Below, one piece after another: positions 39,706 to 55,200 of a DNA stretch of 64,000 nucleotides (positions are counted from its first letter, which is position 1; the number at the start of each line of letters is the position of its first letter). This DNA comes from Oikopleura dioica (Eukaryota; Animalia; Chordata). Made by a program: the position numbers and the translations under genes. The DNA lies in assembly GCA_907165135.1 (NCBI GenBank), contig OU015567.1, positions 12,896,001 through 12,960,000 of the forward strand. Direction: 5' to 3'. The notes beneath the pieces were generated by a model. That model was not told the DNA's origin, ran no database searches, and saw nothing but the letters and a program-made list of their open reading frames with translations.

Positions 39706-40112
39706 CTAGTTGCATTTCCAAAGAAGAACGCCAACAGCTCCACCGAACATCATGACCATCTTTGCCCCGCAATCAGCGTCGACATTGGCGTCGAAACCTT
39801 CGCCAATGATACAATGCCACGCGGCGCCGAATTTCTTGTCCATTTGTTCTTTTACCATTTTGGCGGCAAGGGAGTAGTTGTTTGAGTATTTCTCAACAGC
39901 TTGAAAAAACGGTCAAATTCTAAGTGTATCCTGAAGAAATTACCAGTTACAGCGGCATCAGAAGCTTCCGAGGACATTTCTTCTTGCATATCGCAATCAA
40001 TCACAAGAGGAAAACTAAATAAGCACTCAGGAATCAGTGAAAAAGAAAAGACATACCCATGACCAGCTCGATGAGCGAGCTCTTCTCTCTCTTGTTTCTG
40101 CGCTTCTGCCAT
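39706..40112 (-). CDS. DNAL4: Axonemal dynein light chain 4 (LC8 family)
   Basis: FPLVIDCDMQEEM...AVEKYSNNYSLAAKMVKEQMDKKFGAAWHCIIGEGF...FGGAVGVLLWKCN* matches DNAL4 (FPLV..DMPEEM, MDKKFGSSWHVVIGEGF, WKCS). Two short introns. Confidence 0.9.
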
Positions 40113-40173
40113 TCTAAAAGCGCGAAAATAAGTCGAAGAAAAAGGGGGCAGTGGAACAAGTTCATGAAAGAGG

Positions 40174-41303
<1,130 letters not shown>

Positions 41304-41644
41304 TGTTCTCTATTTCACACTCTTCAAAAGAACTTCTCTTTCCAATATTCTTGACTGGCCAATCAGCGCGCGCTGAAAATTTCCAGCCATCTTTTCTCTA
41401 ATAAATGCGCTCCCCGCCATGCAGAAACCATAACAATGCTTCCAATAAATAAAACAATTGGCTCGAGCCAATTTTTTATGCTCACCAATTATCGTAATTA
41501 CAGTTTTATAATTCATGCAGGTGCTGTGAATGGAATCTCCGAGTATAAAATCGCGCTCCAGCTCTGGAATCAGCATCACACCTTCTCCGGCTTTTATCGA
41601 GCCACTTTTAAAAAACCAAAAACCTTCACTTTACCTTTTTCAAC
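41304..41644. promoter_or_regulatory. Bidirectional promoter between NKAP (operon head) and alpha-tubulin
   Basis: 341-bp gap between divergent ATGs. CCAAT box GGCCAATCAGCG at 41357-41368, perfect 18-bp palindrome AATTGGCTCGAGCCAATT at 41456-41473, TATA-like gtataaaa near 41543 on the tubulin side. Confidence 0.6.
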
Positions 41645-43081
<1,437 letters not shown>

Positions 43082-43288
43082 AATTTGAACTTTCTGCTCT
43101 TCGATTTTTGAAATAAAATGCGTCATCATATAATTAACGAGCGTTTACTTAAATTGCAGATTATTATAATCTCTAGAATACACCCATAATGTTTTGATCT
43201 AATGAGAAAGAAAATCAGTTTTATCAAGCAGCGCATCAAAGTGAGTCAAAATTAGCATATTCTTTATAAAAAAGTAGTATCATAGAAG

Positions 43289-44120
43289 ATGGTTTCTTGC
43301 TGCTGCGGATTTGGCAAAAAGGAAGAGCCAACAGAGCCCATCAATCATGAAATCATTCCAAGGTAGGAGTTTTAGAATTAACGAAAATAAAAAAAATCCA
43401 AGTGCACGATCAAAACTTGCAAGTCCTCGATTCGAAGAAGTTTCACTGAACGAAATTGTCATAACTGAACCAAAAGAGCAGCCCAGCAACAAATGCGTGG
43501 GAAAGAAGACTAAAAAGGGGAAACAAGATTGCGAAGAGAAAACTACCGAGGGAAAAACATCTACAGAATTCGCTTTACCTGTAACAACCTTCAACACGAC
43601 AGCTATTGTTGAGCATGTAGCCAGAGGTCTTGGTAATGATTTTTTTTCAATTCAAAGAACCAACAAAAATTTTAGTTGTCGCCCTCATCGTCCAAGACAG
43701 AGTTCAACCGAATACTTCCTTTGCAATCAAGGTTATGACCCCATTTGTAAATATGATGACTGTACTTTCGAAATCAATTTTCAATATAATTTCAGAAAAA
43801 TTTTAATCCCCTGTATATTTTTGTTAGGAATCCTACAGAATGGTTATATTCAGGCGCACAAAGTCAGTACTTCCATTCGGAGAGAATTCAATCGAACTGT
43901 AAAAGCTAAGTATCAACTAGGCCTGCATGTTTAGAGTCACCATTAGTAATGAAACACGAATTCATTACTTTAAGAGCCTGCAAAGTCAGAAAAAGAGCAA
44001 AGACCCCCTGTAAAAGAAACTGACAACGAAGCCAATCTTTTAGATCATAAAATCATCGAAAATGGAGAATTGGTTTATTTTAAATTGTTTCTAGTTACAA
44101 CTGAGAAATAAGCCTCAGTA
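43289..44120 (+). CDS. Uncharacterised multi-exon protein starting MVSCCCGFGKK
   Basis: Acceptor catag|aagATG lies 207 bp after the tubulin stop. The first three exons join in phase through GT-AG introns. The 3' exons and the end coordinate are uncertain. Confidence 0.45.
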
Positions 44121-44293
44121 AATATCCGGTCAGAACAAGATCACAGGATATACATAAGCGAAAAATGAGCTAGAATAAGAAAGGAAAGAACAATAAGCTG
44201 GATAAAGTCAGTTGGAATATTTTTTACATTCACAGGAGTTAGAGAGTTCTGGATCTGGGTCGAGCGGGGCAAGCATTCGTGTTTCCGTGCTGA

Positions 44294-45048
44294 TTACTTC
44301 TTCAGCTGCGGATTACTGTGAATCTCTTCACAGTGCGGCAAAGGACATAAACTTCCACTACAGCAGCCAGTGTCGAAGTGGAATTCGTGAATTTTCAAAT
44401 ACTAAATTAACGCGATAATTGCCAGTTGAAGAAGGATTCAGAGGACTCACAACTTTGCATACACCGCAGATGACCTTTCTTTGGGGCGAAACTTTTAGCC
44501 TCCTCGCTTGTGGACAAAGAGAGAAGTGTTTGATAATCTGTTTCTTGTGTCTGCATGATTGTAAGTCGCATTTCTTGCAGTCCGAAGCGTGTAACAGTTC
44601 CGAAAGCTCTTTTTCTGGGTCGATTGTGTCGTCCGAAGGCATTTGGTAAGAGCGAAGGGATGATGTCTGCCGCCGAGCTGCTTCAGCTTCTTCGATGAAA
44701 TGTTCAAGGAGGGATCAAAAACAACTAGACAACTAGAGAGAATAAATCTTCTTTGGATCCCGTATCTTGTCTGTATCTTTCAAAAAGCGCTTGTCTCTGG
44801 CGCACCTCTCGTTGCCTCACTAGATAGTACCTCGCTCCTCTTCTATCATCCCTATCATTTCCTCGCACGCCCAAGTTCTGGGCTAAGTTTGCCAAAGCCT
44901 CGTTCAAACTCCCTTCAAGCTTTTGTAACAATTTCAATAAGAAAGTCGTACTAGTACCCGTTCTACGAGCCTCTGGAGGAATCTGCATCGCTCGACGATA
45001 TGGCGACGAAAGATTGACTGGCCGTGGAGGTGAGCGAATTCCCGGCAT
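44294..45048 (-). CDS. Small gene encoding an isolated TAZ2-type zinc finger (CBP-derived)
   Basis: Exons 44642-44451 and 44401-44294 give LLHASDCKKCDLQSCRHKKQIIKHFSLC...CGVCKV|YLKIHEFHFDTGCCSGSLCPLPHCEEIHSNPQLKK*, i.e. three HCCC sites. The link to the upstream ORF 45048-44725 is unresolved (in-frame TGA at 44717-44715). Confidence 0.75.
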
Positions 45049-45775
45049 TCTGAAGGCTCAATATCACTATCCTGCAATCGACAATGAGTACAAGTTGTAT
45101 TCAGTACAACTAAGAAAACTTGTTTTTTTCGTATTTATTTTATTTCCTGTCACAAAACAGGACTCGTATTAAATCTTTGCGAGGGATACTAGCGCCATAC
45201 TAGCAGCATACACTACAGTAGAAGATAAAACTACAGTGAGTTGCTTACAAGTTGAAAAAGAGCATTAACGATACAAACTTTAAGTTTTTAACGACGACTG
45301 AAAATAGGAGGATTGAGGTAATTATGTACAGTACATTTTAAATTTTGCTGGATATCTTATTGGTCACGGACGAATAAGAAAAGAACCGAATGGGTGGTAA
45401 AAAGGGTTGGAAAAGTTCAGGAGCTTTGAGTATTTTTCTTTCAGGAATTTAAGTTTTTAAAAAGTTGAAATCACAATGTTTGTTTTGAAGTAAAATTTAA
45501 AATAAAGATACAAAAAAAAATATAGGCTGCGATGGAACGTCAAGTAGAAGTACGTAGGCTGATATTAAAAATAAAAGATAGGCCCGAATTAAATAATCAA
45601 GACCTGGCGGTATGGCTTCTTTGTACAAGGGTTGAGAAATAGAGAGGGGGAGAATGATAAGGGGATTGATAACGGATGAACTTGGTAACTTCCCAGGGGC
45701 AAGGAGGGAAGAAGACTTTATCAGTAGAGAGCTGAGTTTAGTAGGATAGATCAATTTTCATAACGCTGGCGGGGA

Positions 45776-46500
45776 TCAATAGAGATGGCTCTTTCCCGCT
45801 TGGTAGTCGTAACGGCGCAGTGAGGAGTCACGCCGAGCTTTACACAGGACCAGCGTCATCGCCATCGATGCCAGTAATAAACCTAAATAAACAGGTGAGA
45901 AATCGATCCCTGAATTCGGAACTTTGTGACAAGTCTGTCAAAGTTCTTCATCATCAAAATATGCCAACCAATATTCTGGCGAATTATATGGTGGTCTGAA
46001 ATTGGCAAATTCACAGTACAAATATTAGCTGACCGGATCAGCTTAGTATCAAATTGGATGAAAAATAATGACTCTGGATTTGATCCAAAGCATCGTCCCA
46101 AAATCGCTTAAAAATAATGATGATGATAGTTGGCGCGCCACCTGACACGCTGCTTGTCTTTGAACTTACCGACGCAGGATCCGGCGATGACAGCGGCAAG
46201 AAATTTCTTATTCACAAAGTGATCGAAGAGGGAGGCTTCGCTGGGCGACTTGTCGGAGCGGATTTCAGGATTTTCGCTGTCTAAAATTTTGTTATTTCAG
46301 AAAGAAACAATCATTTAATTTGTTTAAAATCATATGCAATTCAAAGCTTACAATTGGTAATGAAATCCCCAGACGCTTCTCCCGATCCTTCGAAATCTTC
46401 ATCATCTAAATTCACGATTTCAATACTTTCAACGGATCAAGGAAGGCTCACCTGATAACTGTGAAAGCACACTTGCTGTTAAAAGTAGCAATCTTCTCAT
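45776..46500 (-). CDS. Minimal syndecan-like type I membrane proteoglycan, 106 aa, 4 exons
   Basis: Exons 46500-46452, 46405-46352, 46280-46170 and 45882-45776 sum to 321 nt, all GT-AG phase 1. Signal peptide, DDEDFEGSGEASGD (Ser-Gly GAG sites), KKFLAAVIAGSCVGLLLASMAMTLVL transmembrane segment, tail CKARRDSSLRRYDYQAGKSHLY*. Not in the ORF track. Confidence 0.8.
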
Positions 46501-49244
46501 TTTTATTCTTTTCTTCTGAAGACGTCTCTATGAAAGTCGTAGTCTTCGTTCTCGTCCGATTTCTATCTCTATCTGTCTGAACTGGATATTGTTGTTAGTT
46601 CACCGAATTGACCAAAATTTTCAGCAAAAAGGAAAATTTGAAAAAAGAAAGGAAAATTCAAGACAAATCTTGTCAAGTGAGCTTGAGAATCTCTCGGGCA
46701 GCGGGGTCGCCCACTGGGGGGCGTCGGAAAACATTGACCCAAATTGGCCCTGAAAAATCAAATTCAGATCATCATTCAACTTTTGTGAAAATTTCCGCAT
46801 CCGTGAAATTTTGGACAGATTTGGCACAGCACAAGGCGTGGTAAATAGACGCACGGGTGCATTTCAAAAAAGAGGAATGTTTATTTTACGAATATCCATA
46901 AAATTGGGGGAATGTTTACGCCTTGATGGGGGCGATCAAAAATTTGTTGGGAATCGTAAATCTTGGAATCAACACGCAATAAAGTATTAAATAGGCTCTC
47001 GGGTAAAGATACGATGGTGGAAAGAAAAACTAAAGATCTTGAGATTCTTTGTGAAACTCAAAATCATTGGTCTTTCCAGCAGCTATATTTGTGTTTAACC
47101 CAATAATGATGGCAAAACACAAATATGGCGAGTCCAGCATGAAAAAATCTCGCTTGTAAACAGGGCATCTTTATCGTTCTCTATCAAGAAGCAATCACTC
47201 TTGACCACCTGATTCCTGTTTACCTCGGTAAACGAAATTCCGGAAGTCATAAAAAATGGGGACCCGGCCGATCACATTCCCAAACTCACTGTCGATCAAT
47301 ATTTTTTTCGACTTTTTTTATATTTATGTAATTTTCAGTCGGGTAATGGCTTCAGAGTTACAGAGCCATAAACAAGTATAAAACAAGTATACAAGTTTAC
47401 AAAAAGAGTTTTTGTTTTGTTTTTGAACCATTGTAACTGTTTGGCTACGTTATATAAATATAACATGATATATTACTATTTTTCGTTGACTTGTGGCGTA
47501 GCAGAAACAATTACAGTGTAGTAGGCGTAATAATAAACAGTTACGTAACCGAGCTGTGCCCAAAACTGGCAATAAAAATGATTGAATTTAGTTTTTAGTC
47601 GGCGTGTTTTGGCCTTGGGCGATGCGTTGTGGCTTGAGGAGGAAATGAACACACGCCCAGGGGCAAAACGAACCGCTTGGTTTGGGCCCAGTGGAAGCGA
47701 TTACGTAATAGAGGTAGCAACATCAACGTAACACAATAATTTATAAATACACAAACAGTTCTTAGTGCTACTCTGTTCTCGGACTCGTCCAGACTTAGCT
47801 CAACAGTTCTGGCGCATTCCGCCAGAAATTGGAGGGAGAGGGAGGATGCGGAACGAACCAGTAAAAACTAAGGCAGCATGTGGAAGGTGATGTGTGTGTT
47901 TTTTTTAAGTTTTTTTTTTAATTAATTAAATTATTTGTCAACAAAAATTGATGCTCATCAGCGATCCACGATAGAATTATGGGACTGATAAAGTTCTCTA
48001 TTAGAGAACTCTCTCTATTTAAAATAGTATATAAATATAAGTTTGGACGTGTTTAAGAATATCTTTATACAGAAGTTGAATAAGTAGAAAAATTGCACTT
48101 GGCCAATTTTTTTAATATTGAAGGATGTCGGCCAGGCTCAAAATTTTTGAAAAATTTTGATCGAATAGCACACGAAATAGAAAAATGGGGGAATAAAAGT
48201 ATACGCCTTTATAATCTTTTCAAGACCGAGAACGGAAAAGGGGGATTTCTTATTGGTAAGAGATAAACTTTAAAAAAGGTTTTGTGGGATGAACTTTTGG
48301 TAAAAATAGTTGTTCGCAATTTTTAAAGCTGGAGAGTAAAAAATAATAATATAAATAAATTAAGGATAAAAGCGGGTTGAACTTAGATTTTGAGCTTTTC
48401 GCGTAAAGGTAAAGGAAATTTTCAATGATTTCTGAATAGGTTGAAGTCATTTGCGGTGAGTCAGCGCTGGACGGGACCAATCAAAAGTATTCTACCAAAT
48501 TTGCGAACGTGGGTGTGTGTAGGTGTGTCAAAAAGGAATTTATATGATCGGAATTGAAAATAAAAAAATGCGAAAGTAATTGTGGCAGCGGTTTCATGAT
48601 TCTAGTTGGGAGATTTTGAAAATAAGAAGGAAAAATCATAGAATAGGACTTTTGGAACCGCTCGCGAACGCCCCCTGCCACGGAGGAATGGAGCGAGCCG
48701 AGGGATGAGAAAGGGCAAACTGGTAACATGGAACCTGGCTGAAGTGGTGGTCAGAATTGAAATGCGATAGATACTGGGTAATCTGGGCCATTTAATTGTT
48801 TTAAGAAAGTGTGACAAAACGGGACCCAAGCAGCATCGGGCAGTAGTGGAGCCGGATCAGATTGATGAACGGAGCCAATCAGATCGATGTATGTGGTTTT
48901 CGGAAAGGAGCATTTGAGGTCTGCCAGCCAATGACTAAGTGGCGGGAAATGTTGGGGAAGACATCGTCGACCATTTTTTTATCTTTTTTGTAGGTTTTTG
49001 AGCAGGTCAGATTTTTTCACCGGTGGCTTCTCTCTAGCTCACTCCTAGCGTAGGTTGTTTTTGGATGGTTAAAACGTAGGTGCATTTTTGATGGGCATTT
49101 GGTATAGCTTGATGAGAACACGGGATTGGCCGAGCGCGCGGTTTTGTGAGGAGTACTGTTTTTGGTTGGGTAGGAAGTTTAGGGAATGAATGAAGAGGAT
49201 GAGGGGAGTGAACGGAATTGTGAGTGGACAACAGTGACAGACAG

Positions 49245-52200
49245 CTACAGTCCATCAACCGTCTGGGCATACGACTGGCTTGGGTCAGCGTTGGGCTGCT
49301 GACCTAGCGGCGGATCGCCCTGGTTGAACATCATGGACTGACCGCTGCTCATGCCCGGCTGCTGAAATCTAGGAGCCTGAGCCATCATCTGAATTGAGAG
49401 TTGTAAGAAATCTGAAACGGAATTGTTAACACCCGGTCGCTATAGTGCGACGCTTACCTGCGGCTGCTGGGGGCGCATCATATTCTGTTGTGCCCCCATT
49501 CCACCTCCCATTCCGTTGCCCATCATTGGCCCGTTGCTCATCATGTTGTTCTGCATCATGTTTGGTTGCATGCCGTTGTTTGACATCGACACTATAGAAA
49601 GAAGTTACGAACACTGAGATCAAGGAAGAGGAAAACTTTGGAAACGAGTATTCTGTGGAGATGGACCTCTATTCATTTGATTCCCAAACGTTCCACTCTG
49701 CATCATGCCCATCTGATTCATCTGGTACATCTGCGAGTTGCCCATGTTGTTCGACATTTGATTAGGCATCATCTGAATATGAGTTGAAAATAGACCGATA
49801 CTAGTATTTCGTATGCTTACCATCCTCGGACCCTGGTTCTGGGGCCAGTTCCTCATCTGATTTTGCATCATCTGGCGAGGTGCGTTAATCATGTTTGGCT
49901 GCATGTTGCTCATCTGATTCTGCATTTGAGGGTTGTCTAAAATCGTCGTTAGCAAAAGATCACTTTGTTAAAGATCGAGAAAAGGTATACTTACTTGGAG
50001 CGCTGATCATCACTCGGTTCTGCGTTTGATTAGGATTTCTGGGATTGATATCGCGGAAAATTTGGGCAACATGTTGCGGATTTTGTTTTAGCACATTGAG
50101 GATCTTACAAATTCTGTTATTTTCTGGCAAAATCTTGGATGTTCTACCTTTGGATCTTTCGGATCAGTTGACTCCTTGATGATTTTGATCGTGTTGTCTA
50201 TATGTTGTTGCGGCTGCTGTTGAGTGTTCATCGGGCTATTGTGGTTGTTCGGGCGTTGGGTGATGAACATGGTTCCTTGCTGCTGTTGCTGCGAGGTCGG
50301 CATGTTATATCCCTGCAAACAGTAAAATACAGAGCTTTATCAAACACCAAATGTGTTCACCAAAAACACTTATCCGTCAAAACTCATCCAACTACTCTCA
50401 TCAAGTCCAACGAGTTTGAGAGGGAACTTATAGAAGTGACTCTCGTTGATTACCTGAGATCGGAAGGGGGGATTCTGTTGAGGAATCTGGTTGTACATAG
50501 ACTGCGGCTATATAAATATATATTAGCGCTTGATCATTTTTTCTTGATTTCGCAGTCTATCCCCGTACAAAAAATATCACCACCATCATCAATTAAATAC
50601 AGCTGAAATGTCAGCCATACGCAAATATACAAATCAGGACACGAATGAAAGAACTGATCGGTATATTTTTATTTAGTAATTGCACCATAATTTATTTAGC
50701 TCTTTGTTTTCTGCGTATACTTACAGGATTATATTGATCACGCATAGACTTGTTTCCTTCTTGAATCGCTTCCTGGACGACCTTGTTGGCGGCTTTGATT
50801 GCTGCCGTCGGTGCGCCGCCTTGACCCTGGTATTGCATTTGTCGCTGGTTCATCATATTCGGACTGCTTGAGTACTGATGCATTTGCTGCTGCATTGGGT
50901 TATTCTGTTGCTGGCCCAGTTTGCCGTTATTTTGCATTTGACCCAATTTACTAGTGAAAAAATACACAACCGATATTTCGGACTAAACGTTACCTTGATC
51001 CTTGCATGCCTCCCTTCGAGGCAACGTTTGGATTCGGCGTTCCTGGATTACCCATAGATGGAGTTGGTGGGCCTGGAGTGGCTGGTCCAGGAGTAGCCGG
51101 AGCTTCGAGCTCTGGGCGAGCCATACGACGACGCATGAGTTTTTCTTGTCGCCGACGGGTGGACTCCTGTTGCATGCGAAGACGCTGCTTGATTTGAGCA
51201 CAGTAGTTGATCTTACAGGACTTTTCTTCACAATGTTTTGCGTGGTAGCAACAGAGAGCGATGAACTTAAATTTCGGTAAACATTTTGATCATTTCAGAT
51301 GACATTTACCTGTTTGCAAATGTTACATTGCTGGTTGTTCTTCTGCTTCTGTTTCATTTTAGCACATCGCTTAGAATGCTCGATGATCTTTTTCATCCTA
51401 GAAATAGATTGTTAGTCTCAGTTTGAAAGGACAGAAAGGAAGAGGAAAGATCCACTTACTTTTGACAGTTGGGTCTGTTGCAGTTTGCGTCTCGGCACTT
51501 GGCAGAATGAACCAAGTTCTGAATGCACTGTTGGATGCCTTCTCTTCGTTTCTCGTTGGATGTCATAGAATCGTTATCATTATTGCCTCCAAAGATGCCG
51601 TTGTTGGCGACCTTCTTTTCGAGCGGCTGATGTTCGTGTTGCGAACCAATAGCATCGTTGCACTTGGCGCAGAGGTCGAAGTCGCTGCAGACCTTGCAGT
51701 GGAATCGTGTGGTGATTCGGGCGTCGCAGTTGTTGCAGGAGAAGGTTTCGGAAGAGAAGCGATTGTCAGGATTGTGAAGGGTGTACAAAAAGCACATGGA
51801 TGAGTACTTGGTTCTTCGGAGAGTCGAGAACTCCCAATGCTCGTCTCGAGCTTTGTTCAAGAAGGGATCTCGTCCGTCCATCAAGTCGCAAGGCATGTCC
51901 TTGTCGGGATCCTCGATCGCAGGGAGAGCAGGTACACTGTCGGCAGAATGCATACGAATGACGAAAAAGACTTCTTTGTGTCGCTCCATGAGGCTGTTCA
52001 ACTTGGACATCAAGTCTCCTCCGCCTTTGTTATTTTTGTTTCGTTTCTGATTCTTCTTCTTCGATTTCGCCTTGTCGCTGTACATGCCGTCATCATTGGC
52101 CATTTCTGCTTCTTCAGCGGCTTGCTCTTTCAGGACTTCTGCGATGAGATCCTCGATGGCAGTCGGCCAGAAATCACCGTCGAAGTAGGGCATTTGGGTA

Positions 52201-55200
52201 GCGCAAACAACGCCGTCATCTTTAGCCTATACTGGTTTAAAGAAACGCCCGAATGAGGGGGTCAGTACCTGTGAATAGATGTCTTTGAATTCGGTAATAA
52301 CGCCACGGTCTTGTGCCTTATTTAAAATCGTTCTGTACCAATCACAAAGTCGCTTGGATCTGGGCATCTTCATCTCCTGAGGGTGGCAGTGGAAGATGTA
52401 GTCATCTCCCTCAGATGGTGGACAAGACCAGATGTGGGCCCAGACATATCCTAAGTTTCGGCAGTATTCAAGATATCCTAAAAAGAGAATTTAAGAGTTG
52501 AAAGTTGACATAAAAGACGTACCCATAATAAGTTCGTGGTAAACGCCTGTTCTGAGACAAGCAGGCTGGAAGAATTTAACAGAATCGAGGTATCCAATAT
52601 AAACGCGGCGCTGGTTTGGCGAAGGGCACTTATCATCGTATTCCTGCACGTGAAGGCCAAAGAAACAGACATCGACGCCTTCGATTTGCTCGAAAGCGAA
52701 GAGGACTTTTGCGCGGAATTTGAACTTTTCGGCGATTGGGTATCCAGCTGTTTCTCCCTCTTTGCGGACGCCAGAGCGCGTTTCGACGGCCTTGTTGCCC
52801 ACGAAAACAGTACGAATGTACACATGTCCTGCTTCGTTGTTTTTGTCATTAGCTAAAGAATAGTTAGAAAAAGCTTGTGTGATTTAAAAGTTTACCAGTG
52901 ACGTAGCCGTTGACCTTGGCCTCGATAAACTTGGACAATTCAGTTTCCGGCAAGTTTTCGGCTGTGAATGGATTCTTCTTGCGCCGCTTGGACGTATTGT
53001 CCTGGCAGAAGTCGCAGATGAAATCCTTCCAAATCTCCTTTTTATAAAGGACGCAGATTTGGTGATTCTTTCGCCCGCAGCGTTTACATTTCTGGAAGGG
53101 CTCAAAGTCTCGCGTATCGTTTTTGCTCTTTGAGAACTTCGTTTTTGGCTGGAGAGCGGGATTGTCGGGATCACTACTCGTTGCGATGCTGAAAAAATAT
53201 TCGTAAATAATGAGTTTTTATTATTGAATCTTACGTGTCTCCCTTGGCATCACCGAAACACTTTTCGCAGTAGTAGATTTTCTCGGTAAATTGAGGACCA
53301 GGAACATTCATCGGAATAGCTGGACCCGTCGTACCGTCACTCTCGTAACAGTAGTACCAGCTTCCCACGCTGATAGTGCAGGTTGTCTTGCCAAAACAAC
53401 AAAGAGGCAATGCGGTCCATGTTAGAGACTAAATTATTGCAATTAAAACGATAACAAACGTAATTAACAAATTACCTGGGCACAACAAAAGCCATTTCTC
53501 CTCATGGCGGGCTCTGCAGCTCGCAAAAACTCCTCTTTAAGTTTTGTGCACATCCGATACACCCGTGAGTTCTTCTTATTGTAAAGCCAGGCATTCTCAA
53601 ACATAAGCCACATATCTTTGATGAATTCCCAAGGCTCCTCATAAGTTCCCATTTCCAACTTTGTATTCATCGTTGATAAATCCATTGGGTTCTTGACGAC
53701 TTCAGGGTAGTCGGGAATACCGAGTGCGACTGGGTCGACTGGTATTTGAAATGGTGGGGCGTCTTGATGCTCGTAAACCTTCCTCCAAATAGGCATGAGC
53801 ATGTCCCTCAATTCCTGAGCGCTCCATTTCTTTAGCGTTCCGGGGTCGGTCTCCTCCTTGACCTCTTCCTTCTGCTTTTTCGAAACAGGGCTTGGGCTTG
53901 GCGCGGGGCTTTGGGCCTCGCGTTTGATCGGGCAGGGTTTCGCATCTGGGGGCATGTTCGGTTTCTCTTCATTTTCCTGTTTTATCATCGAGCCATTTTC
54001 ATTTTTAAACGAGGATTGTGTTGTGTTAATTTGCGGTTTGACATCTCCAGCGTTACTTTGCTGATTATTAAAGGACTTAGATGGGTTTTGCTGCGTATTT
54101 TGCACATTGGGCTTTGTCTCGACGCCAGGCTCTGATTTCACCATATTTGAGTTTGGCATCTGTTGGTTTTGATTCTGGTTGTTCGGCGTACTCGGACTCA
54201 TGAAGTTCTGCCCCGGTTTTCCGGAGTTCATCTGGCCAGGAGTTTGCGCGCCAGGCTGACCTGGATTCTGTTGATTCCAACTTGGCTGACCAGAAGGCTG
54301 TTGATTCGGCTGTTGCTGCATGTTTCCTGGACCTTGGTTGTTTTGGAAGCCACCTTGTTGCTGATTTCCTTGCTGTGGCATTCCCGGGTTTTGCCCCTGC
54401 CCTGGATTTTGCTGATTTTGGCCAGGAAACTGCGGATTAGGCGGACGAGGCATTCCTCCTTGATTCGGGCCTTGACTCGGTCCACCTGCAATTGCAGGAT
54501 TTTGAGCTGGATTTCGCTTCAGCTCGAGTTCTTTTTGAATTTTGTAAATTTTCTCGGCGAGCATGTGATAGTAATCCTCCCTCGTCGTAGCTTTGTTGTA
54601 CATATCTTCCTCGACGCGTCTCGCGAATGAAAACAACTTCACAATGCGCTCGTCATTCGCATTCGTCGAGTTATTTGTTTGATCCGTGCCGGGGAAGATA
54701 GCAGAAACGAGCTTCTTCACGAGATGTTCTCGTAGTTCTGAGTTGACGTCAGCTCTCCAGTTGCCGTTAGCGACTTGGTTAGGGTTGTTGGTATTGTTTT
54801 GGCCGCCTTGCGCGGGTTGTTGCCCGGGCTGATCAGCAGTCGGTGGCCGTTGACCCTGTTCATTGGCATTTCCAGCCGCGTTTCCTTGAACAGCTCGATT
54901 CGGATCGTTACCGCCGCTCGGATGCTTGAGCGGCTGGCAGACTTGGCACTGTTGATTCTTACACTGCTTCCAATGGGCGATAATGTGCCTCGACGAGCTA
55001 CAATGCTGGACCGGACAGTTCTTCGCCATTTGACAGCTGGGCAAATGCTCGAGCACGTTTTTCATCGTCTGACAATGAGGAATTTGACATTGGGTGCCTT
55101 GAGCGTCATTTCTCTTCGTACACTTTGCTGCGTGGATCAAAATAATTAACTGGTTCTGTATCATCTTGCGCTTCTCCGGGTCCTGCGTTGCCGTACTATT

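Noticed and set aside
45883-46101. 72-aa ORF in intron 3 of the syndecan-like gene as an alternative last exon
   Set aside because: It is phase-compatible but would truncate the TM helix and shows no recognisable features. No support without transcripts.
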